A DNA stretch of 64,000 nucleotides from positions 42-64,041 of the forward strand of contig CAZPVP010000004.1 in the NCBI GenBank assembly GCA_964590345.1. Direction: 5' to 3'. A model generated the notes under the pieces. That model did no database searches. It was not told the origin of the DNA and saw nothing but the letters and a program-made list of their open reading frames with translations. A program made the translations under genes and the position numbers. Positions 1-9,755 of this stretch are shown piece by piece (position 1 is the first letter of the stretch; each line of letters opens with the position of its first letter). Origin of the DNA: an uncultured Gammaproteobacteria bacterium. Its GTDB lineage: Bacteria; Patescibacteriota; Patescibacteriia; CAIXNZ01.

Positions 1-482
<482 letters not shown>

Positions 483-570
483 CAAGAATTGTGGGATCAT
501 AAAAAAACATTATACATTTATAAGCTAGTCATTAGATACGGGTTGCTTCAATGAATTTGGAGCAACCAAA

Positions 571-678
571 TCTGGTGATTTTAGCGAAGGGGAAACACCT
601 GTTCCCATTTCGAACACAGCAGTTAAGCCCTTCAGCGCTGATGATAGTCCGCATGGGCGAAAGTAAGTCATTGCCAGT
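571..678 (+). rRNA. rrf: 5S rRNA
   Basis: CTGGTGA...TTGCCAG terminal helix; CACCTGTTCCCATTTCGAACACAGCAGTTAAG core; follows 23S. Confidence 0.95.
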
Positions 679-679
679 T

Positions 680-717
680 TAACAAAAAACAATCCTTTTA
701 AGGATTGTTTTTTGTTA
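680..717 (+). terminator. rRNA operon intrinsic terminator
   Basis: Perfect 17-bp inverted repeat TAACAAAAAACAATCCT-TTTA-AGGATTGTTTTTTGTTA directly after 5S. Confidence 0.8.
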
Positions 718-764
718 TCCGCCGAAGCCCTGTCTGCCGGCAGGCAGGTTTAGCGAAGGCGGAT
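717..764. repeat. Nested small palindromic repeats (REP-like)
   Basis: ATCCGCCGAAGC[CCTGTCTGCCGGCAGGCAGG]TTTAGCGAAGGCGGAT; the outer unit recurs at 27776-27804 and 56863-56890. Confidence 0.75.
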
Positions 765-809
765 TAACTAAATTCGACAAAATATTTTATATAATATAAG
801 ATGATAATC

Positions 810-1031
810 AAGCTCCTTAGTATGAATACAGAATAGATACTACCGGTCTAACCATGGCGCGCGGGGATCTAGTTTCTAATGGGAGAACTTAAAAATGCAT
901 GGGAACGAATAGTGTCTGATTTTTCTAGAAATATTGTTGGAGGAAAGATAATTTAGAAAAGATGAAAAAGACGTCGATTCTTAACCAATGCGGTTCAAGG
1001 ATTATTGGAGATGTATTCAACTGAGGAGTTT
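810..1031 (+). ncRNA. Candidate structured ncRNA of unknown family
   Basis: About 20-bp closing stem (810-830 with 1012-1031) with G-U pairs on + strand, internal hairpins, upstream TCGACA-17-TAAGAT promoter, no long ORF. Confidence 0.5.
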
Positions 1032-1288
1032 TTATTTGATTCTTCTTTTTGTAACCAAAAAGAAACAAAAAGTTTTGGGGTGGCTCAATGCACTATCACG
1101 TTGATTGGTGATAGGTGGTGTTGATGTCGGCGCTTAGTCGCCACCCCAAACCCCTTGGTGCTATTAAAATGATCGAAGCTTTAAAATTAATTTAAAAAAT
1201 GTTAAACTGGAACTTAGTAGAAAGTTAGAAAGTAAAAAATTAAAAGAGCACTTTCAAACTTTTTTACTTTAAACTTTTAACTTATTTT

Positions 1289-2536
1289 ATGAGACAAATC
1301 GCAGACTTACATATTCACTCAAAATATTCCCGAGCATGTTCAAAGGAACTGACTTTACCCAATATTGACAAATGGTGTTCATATAAAGGTATTGATCTTG
1401 TGGCAACCGGTGATTTTACTCATCCGGTTTGGTTTGCTGATATAAAAAAATTACTTAAATCATTAGACAATGGTTTGTTTGAATTAAAAGAAGATTCTAA
1501 AGGGACCAAATTCATGCTTGGTACTGAAATCTCCTGTATTTATAAACAAGGCGATAAAACGCGTCGTGTCCATCATAATATTTATTTTCCGGAGATTAAA
1601 GATGTTGAAAAATTTAATTCAATTTTGGAAAAACAGGGACGTAATTTAAAATCAGATGGTCGGCCGATTTTGGGTTTAAGTTCTATTGAGCTGGCTAAAA
1701 TAATTTTTGAAATAAACGAAAAAGCAATTATAATTCCGGCTCACGCTTGGACGCCATGGTTTTCTATATTTGGATCAAAATCAGGATTTGATTCTATTGA
1801 AGAATGTTTTGATAAGTATGCTGATAAAATTTATGCCATTGAAACAGGTCTTTCTTCTGATCCGCCCATGAACTGGCGTTTATCTGTTTTAGATAAGGTA
1901 GTTTTAGTTTCTAATTCCGATGCTCATTCTTTACCCAATTTAGGACGGGAAGCCAATGTGTTTGAATGGGACAATCCGAGTTATGATGAATTTTATAATA
2001 CGTTAAAAAATCAGGATAAATCAAAATTTAAATATACAATTGAATTTTTCCCAGAAGAAGGTAAGTATCATTTTGACGGCCATGCCAGTTGTAATGTTTC
2101 TTTAAAACCCAAAGAAACAAAAAAGAATAAAGGTCTTTGCTCAAAATGTAAAAAGTCTTTAACAGTTGGTGTTTTGCATCGAGTTGATGATTTGGCAGAT
2201 CGCGAAAAAGGAGAATTAGATAAACATATTCCTTATAAAAGTTTAGTGCCTTTGCAGGAAATAATTGCTGAAGCTTTTGCAGTTGGTAAAAATTCAAAAA
2301 GAGTCCAGGATGAATATTTTGCCATGATAGAAAAAGGCAGCAGCGAATTTGAAATCTTGTTGGACAAAAGTTTGGTTGAATTAAAAAAAATTACGCAGCC
2401 GGAAATTGTGGAGGCGGTTAAGCGAGTTCGGGAAGGCAAATTAAATATTGAACCCGGTTATGATGGTGTTTATGGTAAGATTCAGATTTATAAAGATAAT
2501 GAGGAGCGAGGCGCAGTGCAAAAAAGTTTAATCTAA
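1289..2536 (+). CDS. Endonuclease Q family protein (PHP domain + Zn finger)
   Basis: ADLHIHSKYSRACS N-terminus, PAHAWTP, SNSDAHS, PEEGKYHFDGH..C, CxxC, PGYDGVYG motifs. Confidence 0.88.
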   Translation: MRQIADLHIHSKYSRACSKELTLPNIDKWCSYKGIDLVATGDFTHPVWFADIKKLLKSLDNGLFELKEDSKGTKFMLGTEISCIYKQGDKTRRVHHNIYFPEIKDVEKFNSILEKQGRNLKSDGRPILGLSSIELAKIIFEINEKAIIIPAHAWTPWFSIFGSKSGFDSIEECFDKYADKIYAIETGLSSDPPMNWRLSVLDKVVLVSNSDAHSLPNLGREANVFEWDNPSYDEFYNTLKNQDKSKFKYTIEFFPEEGKYHFDGHASCNVSLKPKETKKNKGLCSKCKKSLTVGVLHRVDDLADREKGELDKHIPYKSLVPLQEIIAEAFAVGKNSKRVQDEYFAMIEKGSSEFEILLDKSLVELKKITQPEIVEAVKRVREGKLNIEPGYDGVYGKIQIYKDNEERGAVQKSLI

Positions 2537-2605
2537 ACACAACGTTTCACTTGGCGTGTTTTAAAAACAAGACCCCCTTACTTTTCTGTAAGAGGGCCTT
2601 ATTTT

Positions 2606-2728
2606 TTATTTTTTCTTTTTCCTTTTTGGAGCGGCTTTCTTTTTTTTCGGAGCTGCTTTCTTTTTTGTTGTTTTTCTTTTCTTTGGAGCCGCTTTCTTTT
2701 TTGTTGTCTTCTTTTTCTTTGCAGGCAT
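2606..2728 (-). CDS. Small histone H1-like basic protein (40 aa, KAAPK repeats)
   Basis: Manual translation MPAKKKKTTKKKAAPKKRKTTKKKAAPKKKKAAPKRKKKK; synonymous variation among repeats; hairpin downstream (~2570-2600). Confidence 0.75.
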   Translation of the reverse strand: MPAKKKKTTKKKAAPKKRKTTKKKAAPKKKKAAPKRKKKK

Positions 2729-2941
2729 TTTTTTAGAAGTTAATTAATTAAATTTTAAAAATATTTTATTAATTAATTTAATTATATCAATTTTTATAAA
2801 CAAAAAGAAATTTTTTAAAAAAAATTTGTGGATAACTTTTATTTTTCTTAAAAAATAAAAAATGAAAAGTTTTTCATATAAAAATTATTTTTAAGGGTAT
2901 TAAAAAGCAAGAGAAACAGAGGATAAAGAGTTTTTAATATA

Positions 2942-2970
2942 TTGACATGAAGAAAAAAAGTTGCTATACT
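2942..2970 (+). promoter_or_regulatory. sigma70 promoter of tRNA-Ala
   Basis: TTGACA-17bp-TATACT with extended TG. Confidence 0.7.
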
Positions 2971-3003
2971 GGATTTAGTTCGCAAGAGCTGTTTTTATTT
3001 TTT

Positions 3004-3076
3004 GGGCCGTTAGCTCATTTGGTAGAGCACCTCGTTTGCACCGAGGAGGTGAAGGGTTCGAATCCCTTACGGTCCA
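3004..3076 (+). tRNA. tRNA-Ala(TGC)
   Basis: Cloverleaf GGGCCGT/ACGGTCC with G3-U70 identity pair, anticodon loop TT-TGC-AC, TTCGAAT T-loop; CCA not encoded. Confidence 0.97.
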
Positions 3077-3127
3077 CTTATTTAAAAAGAACGCATTTAA
3101 ATGCGTTCTTTGTGTTATAATTAAATT

Positions 3128-3850
3128 ATGGACTTATCTTATATTGTTTTTATTGCCATTGCTTTTTTTGCTGCTATTGTATCTTCAACAGTTGGTTTTG
3201 GAGCGGCTTTAATAATTTTATCTTTTTCAACATTTTTATTGGATTATAAAATTTTAGTTGGTATTGTTACAGTTTATTTTATTGCTAATAATATTTTTAA
3301 ATTAATATTTTTTGGTAAACATATTAAATGGAAAATTGCTGGTTGGATTTTGCTTGGTTCATTACCTTTGGTAATTCTTGGTTCATTTTTATTAATTCAA
3401 GTTTCAGCTGAAATTTTAAAACGAATTTTAGGGTTAATTATTTTATTTTATGTAATTAATTATCAGTTTGATTTTTTTAAAAAACATAAACCTAAAATTT
3501 ATCAAATGCCGCTTATTGGAGCGATTTATGGTTTTTTCTCTGGCATGGTCGGTGTGGGTGATCCGATTAAAGCAGCTTTATTGAATCAAATTGGTTTGGT
3601 TAAACAAGAATTTATTGCTACCATGGCCATAATTGCTTTTATTCAAAATATTTTTAAAATTTCAATTTATTCAAAGTTTCAATTAGTTACCTTAAATGAC
3701 TGGCCAATTATTTTAGGCTTAATCATAGCTTCGTTTTGTGGAATTTATATTGGCCGCAATATTGTTAAAAAAATCAGCCCCAATTTATTTAGAAAACTAG
3801 TTTTGCTCATGCTAACAATTGTGGCAATTAAGTTGCTGCTTTTTGGCTAG
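3128..3850 (+). CDS. Sulfite exporter TauE/SafE (DUF81) family membrane protein
   Basis: Two repeated hydrophobic halves with VGFGAALI and GFFSGMVGVG motifs. Confidence 0.8.
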   Translation: MDLSYIVFIAIAFFAAIVSSTVGFGAALIILSFSTFLLDYKILVGIVTVYFIANNIFKLIFFGKHIKWKIAGWILLGSLPLVILGSFLLIQVSAEILKRILGLIILFYVINYQFDFFKKHKPKIYQMPLIGAIYGFFSGMVGVGDPIKAALLNQIGLVKQEFIATMAIIAFIQNIFKISIYSKFQLVTLNDWPIILGLIIASFCGIYIGRNIVKKISPNLFRKLVLLMLTIVAIKLLLFG

Positions 3851-3856
3851 CCAAGG

Positions 3857-3940
3857 AAAAAATCGGCTTTGAAAAGGAATTAACTCTTTAGAGTTTATTA
3901 TAAAAGATAAGGTCTGAATTCCGGGTAAAGCCAATTTTTT
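3857..3940 (+). repeat. Cloverleaf palindromic repeat, copy 1
   Basis: Core ACTCTTTAGAGT...AGA..GTCT inside a closing stem; homologous to 14398-14484 and 12722-12808. Confidence 0.7.
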
Positions 3941-4054
3941 CTTTTGACTTTTTAGTCAATTTTAGCTAAAATGTTGGTATTGAAATATAAAAATAAATTT
4001 GGCTATTTTTGAATTTTAGGGTAAAATTTAATTATAATTTACCCTTTTTTAATT

Positions 4055-5248
4055 ATGAATAAAACAAAATTATTAACAAAAATAGAAACACCTATCCCAT
4101 CCAAATCTTTTCTTAATGGGACAGATTTATCATTTGCTAATGTTAGAGAGTATGAAAGAACAAAACATGTTCATCGCTTGCATCCTTATCTTGGTAAGTT
4201 TATTCCGCAACTAGTAGAAGTTTTTCTAAAGAGTTATTTTAAGAAAGGAGATTTTATTCTTGATCCATTTATGGGTTCGGGGACAACATTAATTGAAGCA
4301 AATATTTTAGGTATGCATTCAGCTGGTATAGAAATTTCACTTTTTAATTGTTTAATAGCGGAAACAAAAATAAAAGAATACGATATATTATTTGTTGAAG
4401 AAGAAATAAAAGATATCCTTCAAAAGACAAAGGAATTTAGTAAATGTCTTGTTAAAGGGCAAAGGCAATTAACTTTATTAAAAAATAATTTTAAAAAATA
4501 TAAAACTAATAGTGAATATCTAAACACTTGGCTTGCTGATAGATCCTTGCAAGAAATTTTATTCTATAGAGAACAAATTAAAAATTATCAAAATCAAAAT
4601 ATACTTAAAATTATTCTGAGTCGCGCAACACGAAGTGCTCGCTTAATTCCGCATTACGATTTAGCTAGGCCTAAAAAACCGATAAGAGAAAAATATTATT
4701 GTATAAAGCACAGAAGAATATGTGAACCGGTCAATGAGGCACTCAAATTTATTAATCGTTATAGTTGGGATACAATAAAAAGAATAAAAGAATTTGATAA
4801 TTTACGAACTAAAGCAAAGATTGATATTATTCAAGGCGATTCAAGAAAGGTTAGTCTTGACAAATTAAATAAATTTGATGGTATTTTTACTTCACCACCA
4901 TATGTTGGTTTAATTGATTATCACGATCAACATAGATATGCATATGACCTTTTTGGTTTAGATGATAATGGTTTTAATGAAATTGGGCCGGCGTCAAAAG
5001 GGAAAAGTCGAGAAGCAAAAGAAGAATACAAAAATAATATAATTGCTGTTTTTAAAAATATAAATAAATATTTAAAACCGAAAGCAAAAATATTTGTAGT
5101 AGTTAATGATAAAGATGATCTTTATTCAGGAGTTGCTGATGCTTGTGGTTATAGTATTGAGAAAATTTTTTATCGCCCTGTTTTGATGAGAACAGAAAGG
5201 GATAATGCTAAATTTTCAGAAAGTATTTATTATTTTATAAAAAAATAA
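4055..5248 (+). CDS. Type II amino-DNA methyltransferase (likely m4C)
   Basis: Motif I DPFMGSGTT followed by motif IV TSPPY; adjacent to a restriction endonuclease. Confidence 0.9.
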   Translation: MNKTKLLTKIETPIPSKSFLNGTDLSFANVREYERTKHVHRLHPYLGKFIPQLVEVFLKSYFKKGDFILDPFMGSGTTLIEANILGMHSAGIEISLFNCLIAETKIKEYDILFVEEEIKDILQKTKEFSKCLVKGQRQLTLLKNNFKKYKTNSEYLNTWLADRSLQEILFYREQIKNYQNQNILKIILSRATRSARLIPHYDLARPKKPIREKYYCIKHRRICEPVNEALKFINRYSWDTIKRIKEFDNLRTKAKIDIIQGDSRKVSLDKLNKFDGIFTSPPYVGLIDYHDQHRYAYDLFGLDDNGFNEIGPASKGKSREAKEEYKNNIIAVFKNINKYLKPKAKIFVVVNDKDDLYSGVADACGYSIEKIFYRPVLMRTERDNAKFSESIYYFIKK

Positions 5249-5249
5249 T

Positions 5250-6032
5250 ATGGGTCTAACAAAAAAACAAAAAGAAGAAATTAATAATTATTTAGTTTTA
5301 AAAATAAGAGAAAAACTCGCTAATTATAAGCCGGAAACAAGTTCGATGCCTTTTCAAGTTAGGTTACTTGGAAAGGACAAAATGGCTTTGTTTTCGTTTA
5401 TTCACTCTGTAAATACTACTCTCGGAACTTCAATTTTTGAAAAGGTAGGGCAGATTATTGCGAAACCACTAGTTAAAGAGGCAAAGGATAGATATGATTT
5501 TGAGGGTTTTATTAGTGGCGGAGCTGTATTAAAGATTGATTCAATAATGCGTAGTTTACGTTCTGCAGAGAGAAGTCCAAACAAAAAGTTGGAAATAAAA
5601 GAAGTTTTAGAAGTTTCGCAGAAGGGCACAATGGGCAAAAGACTTAAAAAGCGTGTTGATCTTTTTATAATTGATAAAGATAATACAGAAAATTATTTCG
5701 AAATTAAAACTGCGAAACCCAATATCAATGAATTTACGGGGATTAAAAAACAACTTTTAGACTGGATAGCAATGCGCGGGAGTATTGATCCTAAGGTTAA
5801 AATAAAAACAATAGTGGCAATACCTTATAATCCTTATGCCCCTCAACCATATGAACGATGGACATTACAAGGTTTATTTGATTTAGAAAAAGAGGTTTTA
5901 GTAGGTGATGAATTTTGGGATATGCTGGGAGGGAAGGGAACTTATAAAAATTTGCTAAAAGTATTTGAGGAAGCGGGTTTAGAATTGCGAGATGAAATAG
6001 AACAAAAAATGAAAAGTGTTGGGGAAAAATGA
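5250..6032 (+). CDS. Type II restriction endonuclease, TdeIII/MjaII-like family
   Basis: FIHSVNTTLGTSIFE, VD..EIKTAKPN PD-(D/E)xK core, IPYNPY motif; coupled to the MTase. Confidence 0.8.
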   Translation: MGLTKKQKEEINNYLVLKIREKLANYKPETSSMPFQVRLLGKDKMALFSFIHSVNTTLGTSIFEKVGQIIAKPLVKEAKDRYDFEGFISGGAVLKIDSIMRSLRSAERSPNKKLEIKEVLEVSQKGTMGKRLKKRVDLFIIDKDNTENYFEIKTAKPNINEFTGIKKQLLDWIAMRGSIDPKVKIKTIVAIPYNPYAPQPYERWTLQGLFDLEKEVLVGDEFWDMLGGKGTYKNLLKVFEEAGLELRDEIEQKMKSVGEK

Positions 6033-6048
6033 AATAATATAATTTTAT

Positions 6049-6630
6049 ATGAGAAATAAAATAGATGATCGACTTTTGACTTTTATATGGGATGAATTAT
6101 CTTTAGCACACACACATTTAACTTTCATTTATAATTTAATTGATTATACTAAAAAGTTAAGAAGTAAAAAAAATATATTAACTAATTATGAAGAATATAT
6201 CTATTTAGTTATAGTGAATCATTTAAATTTTATTATTTTGAGTTTAAGTAAAATATTTGATAAAAGAAGAGATGTAAAAAAAATCGATTTATTATTAGAT
6301 GGTATCGTAGATTTGCAAGTCAAACAAAGTTTACAAAATGAGATTAATGAACTTAGAGATTTATTTGAGAATTCGGAATTAAAAAATTCAAGAGACGAAG
6401 TAATCGCACATTTTGAAAGAAACAGGGGAGCTCATTTTGAATTACCTCGCTTAGATCAATTAGAAAAAATTGGAGAGATAATAAGTAAAACTGCATATTT
6501 TCTTGAGGATAAGATTTACAAAGAAATTTTAGGCGAAGATATACAATTAGAATTGATTATTTTTAATGTAATGAAAGATTTTAAGAGACTAATTAATGAT
6601 ATTGAAAAAATTAATAAATTACAAGATTAG
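6049..6630 (+). CDS. HEPN-domain (AbiU2-like) protein
   Basis: Helical protein with ILSLSKIFD and RDEVIAH (Rx5H) motif; follows the R-M pair. Confidence 0.6.
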   Translation: MRNKIDDRLLTFIWDELSLAHTHLTFIYNLIDYTKKLRSKKNILTNYEEYIYLVIVNHLNFIILSLSKIFDKRRDVKKIDLLLDGIVDLQVKQSLQNEINELRDLFENSELKNSRDEVIAHFERNRGAHFELPRLDQLEKIGEIISKTAYFLEDKIYKEILGEDIQLELIIFNVMKDFKRLINDIEKINKLQD

Positions 6631-6763
6631 ATCAAGATAAATAAATGAATTGGTATTAGATCTTTCGAGCATGATAGAATAACAATACCAATTTTTTCTT
6701 TTGACTTTTTATCATAATTTCGCTAAAATTAAGGATATTAAATAGATAAAAATATTTATTTAT

Positions 6764-9739
6764 ATGAAAGAAAAAAAATCCCAGTTTGCCCAAAAAGAAG
6801 AGGAAATAATTAAATTTTGGGAGAAAAATAAAATTTTTGAAAAATCAATTGAGCAGCGCAAAGAGTCGCCTATTTTTTCATTTTATGACGGGCCGCCTTT
6901 TGCTTCTGGTTCGCCGCATTATGGCCATATTTTGGCTTCAACCTTGAAAGATACAGTAACACGTTATTGGACAATGCGCGGTTATAAAGTTGAAAGGACA
7001 GTAGGCTGGGATTGTCATGGTTTGCCAGTGGAAAACTTGATTGAAAAAGAAAAAAAGATTAAATCAAAAAAAGAAATTTTAGAATTAGGCAAAGATGAAT
7101 ATGAAAGCATTAAAATTTTTAACGAAGCTTGTGCTGCTTCAGTTTTTCGTTGTGTAGATGAATGGAAAGATATTTTTAAACGCATTGGCCGTTGGGCAAA
7201 TTATGAAAATCAATATTCTACCATGGATAACGCATATATTGAATCTGTATGGTGGGTTTTTAAAGAATTATTTAATAGAGGATTAGTTTATAAAGATTAC
7301 CGGGTTTCTCCTTATTGTCCTCGTTGCGGCACACCCCTTTCTAATTTTGAAGTTAATCAAGGATACCAAAAAGTAAAAGAAAATTCTGTTTATTTGCAGT
7401 TTAAATTAAAGCTAGGTCAAAAAATAAATAATGAAGAATTAGATAAAAATACTTATATTCTTTCCTGGACTACGACCCCCTGGACTTTGCCGGGTAATGT
7501 TGGTTTGGCAGTTGGAGAAAATATTGATTACATTAAAGTTAAAGTTAATAATCATTATTTAATTTTGGCTAAAGCACGTCTGGAAATTATTGAGAGAATT
7601 TTTACAAATTACGACGTGGTTGAATATTATAAAGGCAGTGATTTGCTGGGCTTAGAATATGAACCGTTGTTTCCCAGCGCGATTCCGAAAAAGGAAACTA
7701 ATTTTGAAAATGCTTATAAAGTCTATGGCGCTGATTTTGTTACTACTGATGAAGGCACCGGCATAGTGCATACAGCTGTTATGTATGGCGAAGATGATTA
7801 TCAGTTAGGAGAAAAAATACGCTTGCCTAAGTACCATACGGTTGATTTAGAAGGTAAGTTTGTTGAGAGCCTTAAAAAATATAAGCTGGCTAATAAATTT
7901 GTAAAAGCAAAAGAAACCGAAGAAATAATAATTGATTATTTAAAAAAGAACCAATTTTTGTTTTACGAAGAATTATATGAGCACGATTATCCATTTTGTT
8001 GGCGTTGCGATAGTCCCCTGCTTTATTACGCACTTGATGCTTGGTTTGTTGCAGTGACAGAATTTCAAAACGATTTGACTAAAAATAATTTAACTATCGA
8101 ATTAGAGGACCCAAATGGCAAAAAGCACAAAGGTATTCGTTGGGTGCCGGAACATCTAAAAAGGGGTAGATTTGGCCATTGGTTAGAAAATGTTAAAGAT
8201 TGGAATATTTCCAGAAATCGTTTTTGGGGGGCACCTTTGCCGGTTTGGCAATGTCAAAAATGTGAACAAATTAAAGTTGTAGGTAGCCGGAAAGAGTTAG
8301 AAAATCCAGCGATTAAAGATTTACACAGGCCATACATTGATGAAGTTAAGTTTAAATGTAATTGCGGCGGTGAAATGCAAAGAATAGAAGAAGTTTTTGA
8401 CTGTTGGTTTGAATCTGGCTCAATGCCTTATGCCCAGTATCATTATCCATTTGAAAATAAGGAGAAGCTTGAAAATGGATTCCCGGCTGATTTTATTGCG
8501 GAAGGCTTAGATCAAACGCGGGGCTGGTTTTACACTTTACATGTTTTAGCTACAGCTTTATTTAATCAGCCGGCTTTTAAAAACGTGGTAGTTAACGGAT
8601 TAATTTTGGCTGAAGATGGTAAAAAGTTATCTAAGCGGCTAAAGAATTATACCGAGCCAAATATTTTATTTGATAAAGTTGGTGTTGATGCTGTTCGTTA
8701 TTTTCTTTTAGCTTCAACTCCAGTAGGGGAAGATTATCGTTTTTCAGACAGATTGGTTGAGGAAACGCTAAGAAAGACTGTTATGTTAATAAATAATATT
8801 TATAACTTTTTCGCCTTATATGAAAACACTGTTGAATATGATAAAGAGTTAAAACCAGAAAATTTAAAAAATATTTTAGACAAATGGATTGTTGCCAAAT
8901 TGAATTTATTAATAAAAAAAATAACAGAAGAAATGGACCGGTTTGACTTAACCAGAGCCAGCCGGCCGATTTTGGAGTTTATTAATGAATTCTCAACATG
9001 GTATTTGCGTCGCAGTCGTGATCGTTTTAAAGGTAATGATGAGGAAGACAAGAAATACGCTTTGGCTACTATGCATTATGTTTTATTGAATCTAAGTAAA
9101 GTATGCGGGCCTTTTATGCCATTTGTTTCTGAAGATATTTATCAAAAAATTAAAGGCCATAAAGAAAGCGTGCATTTGGAAGATTGGCCAGAGATTGCTG
9201 CTGAATTAATTGATACTAAATTATTAGAACAGATGGAAACTGTCAAAAAAATTATTGAACAGGCCTTGGCCGTCAGAGCCGAAGCAGGTATTAAAATACG
9301 TCAGCCGTTAAATAAGCTTTACATTACAAAAAAATCTGTGCCTAAGGATTTATACTTTTTAATTAAAGATGAAGTTAATATTAAGGAAATTGAAGTAGCT
9401 GATAAATTTCCTCAAAGTGACAATTTTAACATCGAAGCTGATGAAAATTATAAAGTCTGTTTGGATATTGAAATTACTCAAGATCTAAAATTAGAAGGCA
9501 ATGCCCGAGAAATAATCAGGCAAATTAATGCTTTGAGAAAGAAAATGAATTTGACTGTGGGAGATGTCGTTAATATTGTTTACCAAACTGAATCAGAAGA
9601 ATTAAAAAAAACAATTAATAAATTTGTTGAGGAAATTAAAAATAATACTTTAAGCAAAGAAATAATTGAGGGAGATGCCAATGAAGAAATGGATATTAAT
9701 GGAGAGAAGATTTTAATAAGAATAGAGAAAAAAGAATAA
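6764..9739 (+). CDS. ileS: Isoleucine--tRNA ligase (type 2)
   Basis: YDGPPFASGSPHYGH, GWDCHGLPVE, WTTTPWTLPGN, EGLDQTRGWFY, KLSKR; type-2 C-terminus. Confidence 0.97.
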   Translation: MKEKKSQFAQKEEEIIKFWEKNKIFEKSIEQRKESPIFSFYDGPPFASGSPHYGHILASTLKDTVTRYWTMRGYKVERTVGWDCHGLPVENLIEKEKKIKSKKEILELGKDEYESIKIFNEACAASVFRCVDEWKDIFKRIGRWANYENQYSTMDNAYIESVWWVFKELFNRGLVYKDYRVSPYCPRCGTPLSNFEVNQGYQKVKENSVYLQFKLKLGQKINNEELDKNTYILSWTTTPWTLPGNVGLAVGENIDYIKVKVNNHYLILAKARLEIIERIFTNYDVVEYYKGSDLLGLEYEPLFPSAIPKKETNFENAYKVYGADFVTTDEGTGIVHTAVMYGEDDYQLGEKIRLPKYHTVDLEGKFVESLKKYKLANKFVKAKETEEIIIDYLKKNQFLFYEELYEHDYPFCWRCDSPLLYYALDAWFVAVTEFQNDLTKNNLTIELEDPNGKKHKGIRWVPEHLKRGRFGHWLENVKDWNISRNRFWGAPLPVWQCQKCEQIKVVGSRKELENPAIKDLHRPYIDEVKFKCNCGGEMQRIEEVFDCWFESGSMPYAQYHYPFENKEKLENGFPADFIAEGLDQTRGWFYTLHVLATALFNQPAFKNVVVNGLILAEDGKKLSKRLKNYTEPNILFDKVGVDAVRYFLLASTPVGEDYRFSDRLVEETLRKTVMLINNIYNFFALYENTVEYDKELKPENLKNILDKWIVAKLNLLIKKITEEMDRFDLTRASRPILEFINEFSTWYLRRSRDRFKGNDEEDKKYALATMHYVLLNLSKVCGPFMPFVSEDIYQKIKGHKESVHLEDWPEIAAELIDTKLLEQMETVKKIIEQALAVRAEAGIKIRQPLNKLYITKKSVPKDLYFLIKDEVNIKEIEVADKFPQSDNFNIEADENYKVCLDIEITQDLKLEGNAREIIRQINALRKKMNLTVGDVVNIVYQTESEELKKTINKFVEEIKNNTLSKEIIEGDANEEMDINGEKILIRIEKKE

Positions 9740-9755
9740 AAGATTAAGTATTAAT

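Noticed and set aside
2551-2736. Plus-strand 61-aa Phe/Leu-rich ORF
   Set aside because: Reverse-strand shadow of the Lys-rich small ORF 2606..2728
2740-2940. AT-rich region with a DnaA box (TGTGGATAA, 2827-2835) as possible oriC
   Set aside because: Only one clear box and no dnaA/dnaN nearby
6640-6763. T-box riboswitch upstream of ileS (also checked trpS and valS)
   Set aside because: Leaders too short or lacking the T-box consensus; the ileS promoter is only ~35 bp from ATG
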